A DNA stretch of 11,048 nt from a virus (Duplodnaviria; Heunggongvirae; Uroviricota; Caudoviricetes). A program made the translations under genes and the position numbers. Shown in pieces: positions 1 through 5,978 of the stretch (the first letter of the stretch is position 1; every line of letters begins with the position of its first letter). The notes under the pieces are model-generated. The model was not told the DNA's origin. It did not search any database and saw nothing but the letters and a program-made list of their open reading frames with translations. The stretch lies in the IMG/VR virus record IMGVR_UViG_3300042519_001716. The stretch is one strand, 5' to 3'.

Positions 1-2
1 AT

Positions 3-35
3 AAAAAAGGGATATGAGTAGCGAATTCATATCCC
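3..35 (-). terminator. Intrinsic terminator closing the minus-strand block
   Basis: Perfect 9-bp stem GGGATATGA(9-17)/TCATATCCC(27-35) with a 9-nt loop, followed on the minus strand by a U6 tract (A3-A8 on +). Confidence 0.8.
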
Positions 36-107
36 AACGGGATTAGTAACTAGTCCCGGTCCTAAGCTGGGTCTTCAAACCCAGGTTATCGTTGGTTATT
101 TATAACC
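34..107. ncRNA. Putative structured RNA or multi-hairpin element (three-way junction) upstream of the terminator
   Basis: Stems: CCAACG(34-39)/CGTTGG(90-95), CGGGATTAG(38-46)/CTAGTCCCG(50-58), CTGGGT(67-72)/ACCCAG(79-84), GGTTAT(94-99)/ATAACC(102-107). The region is non-coding and GC-enriched relative to its surroundings. Family not recognised. Confidence 0.45.
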
Positions 108-118
108 ATTATTTCATT

Positions 119-685
119 CTATTTTACACCACCTCTATTAAAGTCTCTCAAATCCTCGCTATATTTGATCACTAAATTATTATACAACTCAGTCATACGT
201 TCATCTAAACCAAATTCCTTTTTGTATAGTCTAAGAGCCGTAATCTTTTTTTCAAGGTTCTCTAGTTCTTCTTTCTTACTAAGTTTTGGCGGCGCAATTT
301 GTTTAGGTTCATCGACCACATTTGGAGTATTCAACTTATCATACGTAGTTTTGGGTGGTTGAAGATCATATGGCAAGATATCGTCACGATATGACGAATC
401 TTCAATACTGTCACCCGATGCATTAGGTCTGTCTTTTTCCCAATGTGGCCTATATTCTTTACCTGGGTCTGGGAACTCTTTTTGGAAGTCTTGTTTAAAT
501 TGGTTTGCTGCTGCACGTTTTTTTAGATATGCATCATTAGGTCTACCTGTTTGAGTTTTAAAATCAGGGTTGCCTCTTACAACATCATAATTATCATATC
601 GTTTGCTAATATATGCTCGCTCATTTATAACTTTTTTAACCAAGTTAACAAGTTCCGATTCAGTTATTTTGATGATTTTATTCAT
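119..685 (-). CDS. Hypothetical protein (188 aa) with N-terminal KIIKITESELVNLVKKVINE tag, Pro/Asp-rich middle and C-terminal helical region
   Basis: Long ORF tiling with its neighbours, late-type motif upstream (704-711), N-terminal tag shared with 3920..4639 and with the C-terminus of 3112..3882. Confidence 0.85.
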   Translation of the reverse strand: MNKIIKITESELVNLVKKVINERAYISKRYDNYDVVRGNPDFKTQTGRPNDAYLKKRAAANQFKQDFQKEFPDPGKEYRPHWEKDRPNASGDSIEDSSYRDDILPYDLQPPKTTYDKLNTPNVVDEPKQIAPPKLSKKEELENLEKKITALRLYKKEFGLDERMTELYNNLVIKYSEDLRDFNRGGVK

Positions 686-703
686 TTTATTTCTTTTATC
701 TTT

Positions 704-711
704 AATAAATA
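704..711 (-). promoter_or_regulatory. TATTTATA-like motif (TATTTATT), 18 nt before the ATG at 685
   Basis: 7/8 match. It abuts the stop codon of the upstream gene and is followed by AAAGATAAAA, like the copy at 3911-3918. Confidence 0.55.
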
Positions 712-1128
712 TTATTTATGTTTAATTATCAATTCACCAAGCACTTCAATGCGTCCAACCAATTTCTGAAATGCAACTTGTTCCATGTCAGAAGATAAAT
801 CCTTAACACATTGTTTAAATTCTTTTTTAGCTGCAGCAAGATCGAACTTACCTTCGGCCGCTTTATTATAATAAGGTTTTTTAACGTTAAAGTGATGATA
901 GGTAAGCATCGCAAGCCCACCTTTCGCTTTTGCTGTTGTTGCGATCTTATCCGCACCTTTCATTCTTGTCTCAGCAAACTCATCAAATGATTTTGGTGTA
1001 TTATCATGACCACACTTATGGCACAAGTATTTCTCCTTACCGCCTTCAGATTCTTTCCATGACCAATCACAATGATTGCATTTTATTTTTTTATCTTTAG
1101 CTTCTGTTAATAAATCTATTAATTTCAT
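712..1128 (-). CDS. Hypothetical protein (138 aa) with N-terminal Zn-ribbon (CNHC...CHKC)
   Basis: Two CxxC motifs (CNHC, CHKC) after an MKLIDLLTEA leader. The start lies 1 nt from the stop of the upstream gene, suggesting coupling. Confidence 0.85.
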   Translation of the reverse strand: MKLIDLLTEAKDKKIKCNHCDWSWKESEGGKEKYLCHKCGHDNTPKSFDEFAETRMKGADKIATTAKAKGGLAMLTYHHFNVKKPYYNKAAEGKFDLAAAKKEFKQCVKDLSSDMEQVAFQKLVGRIEVLGELIIKHK

Positions 1129-1129
1129 A

Positions 1130-1852
1130 TTAATCTTTTTTGTCTGATGTTAAAAAATCATATAGCGATCTAAGTTTTTTATAATGACCATCATAAAGTC
1201 TAAAACCATTTAGTTCTTTCATATCATGTTTTTGATATTCTTTATGTAAATTATCCCAAGTTTCGTATGTACCCAAGTATTTTGGGTTATCTTCAACAAA
1301 TCTTTCAAATGTTGGGTAATTAATATGACCACCTGGGAATACCGTTGATAGCTCAACCTTATCAGGATTTACTCGACCGAATTTATCTAGAATGTTTTTA
1401 GCCTCTTCAAAACCTCTTCTAATGCTTTCTACTGTTGCATATGGATCCATTATAACATCCGCTTCAAATCTGGTTAATGCTTGCCCGGTAATGTTATTAC
1501 CAAGAAGTGAAACTAGCAATTCCTCATATGCTTCTAATTTTAGTTTTGCAAGTTTTCTTCTTTTAAGGGTGATTAGATCAGATCTAATAGCTGAGATTAT
1601 TTTAGATTTATTTTTAACAAACTCATCAGCTTCTTTATTTTCTCTCCACTCACTAAATTCCTCACCTCTATTTCTAAAATAATTAGACATTTCGTTCCAA
1701 TCATAATTAAACATATAGATGCCAGAATAATTGCTTTCCAGAAATTCTAATAATTCCGGCGGGAAATTATCAAACACACCAAGATTCTCCCCTTCATTAA
1801 GGCCCATCATGTGTTTAATTTTTTTAATCTGCTCGTTAATATTCTGTTTCAT
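1130..1852 (-). CDS. Hypothetical protein (about 240 aa) with MKQNINEQIKKIKHMMGLNE N-terminal tag
   Basis: The ORF track starts at 1858. The ATG at 1852 is preferred because it aligns with the N-terminus of 1896..2399 and has CATTTAAT 4 nt upstream. Confidence 0.85.
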   Translation of the reverse strand: MKQNINEQIKKIKHMMGLNEGENLGVFDNFPPELLEFLESNYSGIYMFNYDWNEMSNYFRNRGEEFSEWRENKEADEFVKNKSKIISAIRSDLITLKRRKLAKLKLEAYEELLVSLLGNNITGQALTRFEADVIMDPYATVESIRRGFEEAKNILDKFGRVNPDKVELSTVFPGGHINYPTFERFVEDNPKYLGTYETWDNLHKEYQKHDMKELNGFRLYDGHYKKLRSLYDFLTSDKKD

Positions 1853-1866
1853 TTCCATTAAATGTA

Positions 1867-1884
1867 GCGGCGAAGCCGCGGCCG
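1867..1884. other. GC-rich intergenic mini-hairpin GCGGC-GAA-GCCGC (contains GCGAAGC)
   Basis: Stem 1867-1871/1875-1879 with a GAA loop. 16 of 18 nt are G/C in an AT-rich 43-nt spacer. No U-tract on either side. Confidence 0.6.
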
Positions 1885-1895
1885 TTGTTATGTTA

Positions 1896-2399
1896 TTACC
1901 ATCTTAACAAACCAAACAGACGTGACTTCTTTCCATCACACCAATAGGTTGTTGTTTTATTAAATCTAATGAACTTAGCCAAAAATGATAATATCATTAT
2001 AAAGATAATTCCACCAATAACCATTGCAAAAGCTGGTGGCATGCTAACACCCAATAATGATATAACGGCCGGTCCGGCAACTTGTTCATTTTGCTGTTGT
2101 CTCTTTAATTCTTTCAATTGTTTTTTTACTTGCATTAGTTCAGCGAATGATGCGGTTTTCATTTTTTCTTTTAATTCCATCACCTTTTGCTTCTCTTCAT
2201 CGCCAATATTTGGCATATCAGCATCATCTGGATCTGAGCATGTAAGCTCCTTATATTCTTCCGGAGTTAAATCCTCATCAACCTTCTGGTTAAATTCTTC
2301 AGTCTCTTGTTGCAACATCGCCATTGTTTGTGATTCATCTTCATTAAGACTCATCATTGCTTTAATTCTAGCTACCTGCTCGTTTAATGTTTGCTTCAT
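1896..2399 (-). CDS. Putative membrane protein (167 aa) with MKQTLNEQVARIKAMMSLNE tag
   Basis: Acidic helical N-terminal half, hydrophobic stretch AVISLLGVSMPPAFAMVIGGIIFIMILSFLA and a basic tail. Confidence 0.85.
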   Translation of the reverse strand: MKQTLNEQVARIKAMMSLNEDESQTMAMLQQETEEFNQKVDEDLTPEEYKELTCSDPDDADMPNIGDEEKQKVMELKEKMKTASFAELMQVKKQLKELKRQQQNEQVAGPAVISLLGVSMPPAFAMVIGGIIFIMILSFLAKFIRFNKTTTYWCDGKKSRLFGLLRW

Positions 2400-2509
2400 T
2401 TTATTAAATATTTTTTTATAATATCATTATTCTTTTTTATTTGTTCCATTTTTTTAACCCCAGATCTTCTCGATCTTCTAGCTACGGGTTTTTTCTTTTT
2501 GTTTGCCAT
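2396..2509 (-). CDS. Small basic peptide (37 aa, MANKKKKPVARRSRRSGVKKMEQIKKNNDIIKKYLIK), possible nucleic-acid-binding protein
   Basis: Translated by hand; it is below the ORF-track cutoff. It fills the gap between 2521..3033 and 1896..2399, and its TGA overlaps the next ATG (ATGA). 15 K/R versus 2 D/E. Confidence 0.7.
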   Translation of the reverse strand: MANKKKKPVARRSRRSGVKKMEQIKKNNDIIKKYLIK

Positions 2510-2520
2510 GTACTATATTT

Positions 2521-3033
2521 TTAACCATTATAATCGTCATAACTATTTATTTCATCTTCAATCATTACACCAAAAAATTCATGTAAAAAGCTTCCACCAT
2601 AACTAATACGGTTTTGGCCATATCTTGATTCTGTCTCACCAATTTTTAAATTTGTAAAATCTGTAAAATCTGGCCCCTCATAAACAACCTGATCATTATC
2701 CATAACAGTTAGTTGTGTTATATCAATATCATATTCCGCCGGATCATAATCTCCGGGATCGTCATAAGTTGCCGGTGTGTATGATGGATATGCGGTAATA
2801 TCAATTTCAAAGTTATATTGAAGAAAATATTCAGAAGAACCACCCTCAGATAAAACGATATTCGAAACCCCTTTTACATCAAGATCATAGTCCCAAATAA
2901 AATCTCTTTGATCTTTACTGCTATCAGCAAACATAAACTTAACCAATACCTGTTTTGCAACCCATTTTGCATGTTCAGACGGCCCCTCACTCTCAGCAAT
3001 CAAAATATCCTTAATTATGTCCTTAAACTTCAT
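2521..3033 (-). CDS. Acidic hypothetical protein (170 aa), starts MKFKDIIKDILIAE
   Basis: Start moved from 3111 to 3033 because the extension runs through a terminator and the TATTTATA motif. Contains an acidic YTPATYDDPGDYDPAEY segment. Confidence 0.8.
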   Translation of the reverse strand: MKFKDIIKDILIAESEGPSEHAKWVAKQVLVKFMFADSSKDQRDFIWDYDLDVKGVSNIVLSEGGSSEYFLQYNFEIDITAYPSYTPATYDDPGDYDPAEYDIDITQLTVMDNDQVVYEGPDFTDFTNLKIGETESRYGQNRISYGGSFLHEFFGVMIEDEINSYDDYNG

Positions 3034-3037
3034 AGTA

Positions 3038-3045
3038 TATAAATA
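3038..3045 (-). promoter_or_regulatory. TATTTATA motif, 4 nt before ATG 3033
   Basis: Perfect copy, intergenic, with the same spacing as the copies at 5367 and 5959. Confidence 0.7.
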
Positions 3046-3082
3046 TAGGTAAAACCCATATGTGTCCAAAATGGTTACCAAT

Positions 3083-3104
3083 AAAAAACCCCGAAAAATC
3101 GGGG
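3083..3104 (-). terminator. Intrinsic terminator after 3112..3882
   Basis: CCCCGA(3089-3094)/TCGGGG(3099-3104) stem with a 4-nt loop and a U6 tract on the minus strand (A3083-3088). Confidence 0.8.
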
Positions 3105-3111
3105 CTTTCAT

Positions 3112-3882
3112 TTATTTCTTTGTTGTTTGTTTGACTATGTTTTTCACCAGCTCTATCAATTCGCTTTCGGTTAACCTAAGAACGGATTCGTTCACACCTG
3201 GTTTTAGCGAAGCCGCCGCCAATCTTTTATCCGCTAATTCTCGACTCCTAGCCATCTCCCATTTCATTCGTTTTCTTTGCTCTTTTGCCCATTCTCTTTC
3301 TTTTCTTTGTGCGATTATTTTCTTTTTTTCTTCCCATGATAACAAATTTTCTGGATCGGTTCTATCTTTATCTGTATACTTGGGGAAATCAAGTGGCGCA
3401 TTTTTCTTTCTATCAGCCAATGTTTCTGATTCCATATCTGGATCTGGAGTTCCATATGTTCTTAAATAATAATCTGAAGTTGGTTGCTTCGGTATAGTAC
3501 TCGAAGTACGCGAGGACATATCAGAAGGACCATTAATCATGGTTGGTATTTCATTGTAAAAATCCTGTGCAACATTATAGTCAATATCTTTTGGACCAGA
3601 ATGACCCATATCAACCATCTTATCCTTTGGCAAATTTTGCTTTGCCACAGATAGATCATAAAGATCTTCATAGTCATCCGGATCATCACCAAACTCCATA
3701 TTAAATTCAGGAGTTTCATCCTCCATATCGTCATCACCAGCATATAACTTGTTTAGTTCCATTTCCTCATCATCACTATCAATCTCCTCAACAATACCTT
3801 TTGGCTTCTTATAACCAAAAGAACCATGCTGTTCCATTATCTGCTTTCTTTCTTCGTCCGTTAAATTAAAATTTTTATACAT
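3112..3882 (-). CDS. Acidic low-complexity hypothetical protein (256 aa) with N-terminal LTDEERKQIMEQH leader and C-terminal LRLTESELIELVKNIV tag
   Basis: Long ORF bounded by a TATTTATA motif and a terminator. D/E-rich N-terminal half and a charged helix near the C-terminus. Confidence 0.85.
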   Translation of the reverse strand: MYKNFNLTDEERKQIMEQHGSFGYKKPKGIVEEIDSDDEEMELNKLYAGDDDMEDETPEFNMEFGDDPDDYEDLYDLSVAKQNLPKDKMVDMGHSGPKDIDYNVAQDFYNEIPTMINGPSDMSSRTSSTIPKQPTSDYYLRTYGTPDPDMESETLADRKKNAPLDFPKYTDKDRTDPENLLSWEEKKKIIAQRKEREWAKEQRKRMKWEMARSRELADKRLAAASLKPGVNESVLRLTESELIELVKNIVKQTTKK

Positions 3883-3910
3883 TACAAATATCTTTTGTTT
3901 TTATCTTTTA

Positions 3911-3918
3911 TATAAATA
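3911..3918 (-). promoter_or_regulatory. TATTTATA motif, 28 nt before ATG 3882
   Basis: Perfect copy directly after the TAG of 3920..4639, followed by AAAGATAAAA. Confidence 0.7.
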
Positions 3919-3919
3919 T

Positions 3920-4639
3920 CTATGACTCTAGATTAGGTTTAATATAGTTTTTGATGATAAAGGTTATATACTTCTTCTGCGTGCCAGCATTAAACGGCGC
4001 ATGTATATTGGTATGACTACGCAAATCCCTAACCATATTGGTAATTCTTTTTGTAATGATATCAAGACTCAACGCCTTCCAATTGGGATAATTTTCCACA
4101 AACCTATCAAATATCTCTCTACCATGTAGAACCATCTCTTGTCTGTCTCTATAATACATCTTCATACCATCTGGATGTGTATTATATAAACAGTTCTCAA
4201 CACCCCTTTGTGACATATAGAAATGGCTGCACTCATGCTTAAGAATGTGAGGCAACCCCTTAACCAAACGCCAAGCTGGATCACCACCCCTTAAACTTTG
4301 ATATTCACTAGAATCCTTAGCCAAAACCTTCACCTGTATATAATCCTGACTAGCATAACCAATACCCGTACCGTTATTTGATAACCTAAAATCAATGGTC
4401 ACCTCATATGGTTGCAAACATTCTATCTCCGGATGAAACACATACTTCTTTTCACTAGGTAAACTAATATTATGCTCATAATAATTCATAACATCCTGAT
4501 AGATCTCCTCACCAATATATCTGGCAGTCTTATCCACAGGTAATAAATCCAATATGTCAATCAACTCCTCAGGAGATCCAGGTTTCCCAGCCTCAATAAT
4601 TCTCTTAAGTTGAGATTCTGTTATAATAATCTTTTTCAT
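3920..4639 (-). CDS. Putative zincin-like metallopeptidase (239 aa) with MKKIIITESQLKRIIE tag
   Basis: HExxH motif (ILKHECSHFY) followed about 30 aa later by YYRDRQEM, a candidate third-ligand Glu. Confidence 0.65.
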   Translation of the reverse strand: MKKIIITESQLKRIIEAGKPGSPEELIDILDLLPVDKTARYIGEEIYQDVMNYYEHNISLPSEKKYVFHPEIECLQPYEVTIDFRLSNNGTGIGYASQDYIQVKVLAKDSSEYQSLRGGDPAWRLVKGLPHILKHECSHFYMSQRGVENCLYNTHPDGMKMYYRDRQEMVLHGREIFDRFVENYPNWKALSLDIITKRITNMVRDLRSHTNIHAPFNAGTQKKYITFIIKNYIKPNLES

Positions 4640-4651
4640 ATAATAAATTAA

Positions 4652-5362
4652 CTATTTTACCTTAATGTTAAACTCCTCAAAGAAGTCAGGATAACTCTGA
4701 CGATAACCTTCCAATGTTTCCTCATCATACTCAATATCTTCAGCATTCCAAAACCAATATAAATCCTTATCAGCCTTAAACCCATAGTAATCATGGTTCT
4801 CATATTGAAGCTGACATATATCATCAGCATACTGATGCTGCCCCACACAAATGAACCCCGAAGTAACATCTTTTATTATATTCGTTTCCCCGTATGGAAT
4901 ATATCTATTGTTAATCCAATTCAATCTTTCAATCAGCTTCTGATAAAACATATTTGCTGCACCCCACCTAACAGAAGAGAAAAATATAACACAGTCAGAC
5001 TCAAACAATTCCTTACTTATCTTCCAAAGCTCATCATCAGGATTATGTATTGACGCCCAACATCTATGATATCCAGTTGGATTCTTATCTTTATCTTTTA
5101 ATTGAGCCTCCATGATCCCACAAACATTACCCTCCATTCTTGAAACATTACCCTCACAAGGATAAATGTTTAATTTGGTTACATCTATTAATGTGGAATT
5201 CTCAACCTTATCATTAATAATCGATGCAAGAATCGATGATTTTGGCTTTTGTGTTTTTATTACTTCAGAATTCCTATTGGAACATGTTAAAAGTAACACA
5301 CGTTCAAATTTCTTTAACTTACTGATAGTCGTCTTTAATCTTGTTAAATTTCCTTCGGTCAT
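4652..5362 (-). CDS. WrbA/NADPH-dependent FMN reductase-like flavoprotein (236 aa)
   Basis: Flavodoxin-fold pattern: VLLLTCSNR (FMN phosphate loop), IDVTKLNIYPCEG, DDELWKISKELFESDCVIFFSSVRWG, QKLIERL. Start moved from 5509 to 5362 because the extension overlaps the PRTase gene and TATTTATA lies 4 nt upstream of 5362. Confidence 0.8.
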   Translation of the reverse strand: MTEGNLTRLKTTISKLKKFERVLLLTCSNRNSEVIKTQKPKSSILASIINDKVENSTLIDVTKLNIYPCEGNVSRMEGNVCGIMEAQLKDKDKNPTGYHRCWASIHNPDDELWKISKELFESDCVIFFSSVRWGAANMFYQKLIERLNWINNRYIPYGETNIIKDVTSGFICVGQHQYADDICQLQYENHDYYGFKADKDLYWFWNAEDIEYDEETLEGYRQSYPDFFEEFNIKVK

Positions 5363-5366
5363 ATTA

Positions 5367-5374
5367 TATAAATA
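5367..5374 (-). promoter_or_regulatory. TATTTATA motif, 4 nt before ATG 5362
   Basis: Perfect copy in the 25-nt spacer between the PRTase and flavoprotein genes. Confidence 0.7.
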
Positions 5375-5387
5375 TTCTAAATAACCA

Positions 5388-5954
5388 TTAATCTTCCAAC
5401 CTAAATAGACATACACCAACCGCATTGATGTTGTTAGGTATAATATTAAACGCGTTTCTGAATGAACTACCTGTGGTGATGAAATCATCCACAACACATA
5501 TGTTATCACTTAACTCAAAGTCCATATTAAACAGTCCAGTAATACTCCTTCTCTCAGCTTTAGGTACCCCTCTCATTTTAAAAGAATTATCCATCTTCTT
5601 AAACCCGTCTTTAATTGATGGTTTATTAATAACACCCATAATATCATCGTTAATATTTGAAGAGGTTTCCAATGAAACGAGCATATCAGTATTTGCTAGT
5701 TTCGCAACAGAATCAAATCTTTTTTTAAACGTACGCAAAAAATGAACATAGCTTTCTCCGTTTAACTCTAACGTGTTGGACATACCCTTAATAGCCAATA
5801 TAGCTTCTCTATTATTATAATAACCCACATTACCGAATAAAGCATATACTACACGATCACCCACATTGAATTTTCTAATCTTATCATAAGGATTAATCAA
5901 TTTTACACTATTACCATCAATCTCGATCTCCTCAAATATATTAGTTAGTTTCAT
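5388..5954 (-). CDS. Type I phosphoribosyltransferase-domain protein (188 aa)
   Basis: PRPP-binding loop ICVVDDFITTGSSF near the C-terminus, followed by a helix and terminal strand (AVGVCLF). Start moved from 6035 to 5954 (MKLTNIFEE). Confidence 0.8.
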   Translation of the reverse strand: MKLTNIFEEIEIDGNSVKLINPYDKIRKFNVGDRVVYALFGNVGYYNNREAILAIKGMSNTLELNGESYVHFLRTFKKRFDSVAKLANTDMLVSLETSSNINDDIMGVINKPSIKDGFKKMDNSFKMRGVPKAERRSITGLFNMDFELSDNICVVDDFITTGSSFRNAFNIIPNNINAVGVCLFRLED

Positions 5955-5958
5955 ATAG

Positions 5959-5966
5959 TATAAATA
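5959..5966 (-). promoter_or_regulatory. TATTTATA motif, 4 nt before ATG 5954
   Basis: Perfect copy, intergenic, immediately downstream of a minus-strand terminator. Confidence 0.7.
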
Positions 5967-5978
5967 GATAAAGGGCAC

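Noticed and set aside
38-95. Hammerhead ribozyme interpretation of the three-way junction (CUUAGGA resembles CUGANGA)
   Set aside because: The conserved G5 is U and there is no GAAA segment between the stems, so the catalytic core is incomplete.
2403-2410. TATTTAAT 3 nt before ATG 2399 as a late-type motif
   Set aside because: Only 6/8, and it lies within the coding sequence of the 37-aa peptide whose ATGA overlap already explains translation of the next gene.
3207-3216. Second GCGAAGCCGC match to the 1870-1879 hairpin
   Set aside because: It lies inside a coding region (Ala-Ala-Ser-Leu codons) and lacks the full 5-bp stem, so it is probably chance.
165-5745. Short alternative-frame and antisense ORFs from the track (165..362, 331..516, 551..769, 729..956, 1392..1682, 1969..2421, 2391..2606, 3062..3469, 3285..3497, 3537..3743, 4657..4869, 4793..5053, 5166..5384, 5425..5745)
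   Set aside because: They lie largely inside better-supported minus-strand genes, have the F/S/L/I-rich composition typical of antisense shadows, and show no motifs.
5388-5954. PRTase as part of a phage NAD+ reconstitution pathway
   Set aside because: No nicotinamide phosphoribosyltransferase-like partner lies in the window, and the protein is too short for a full PRPP-synthetase-like two-domain enzyme.
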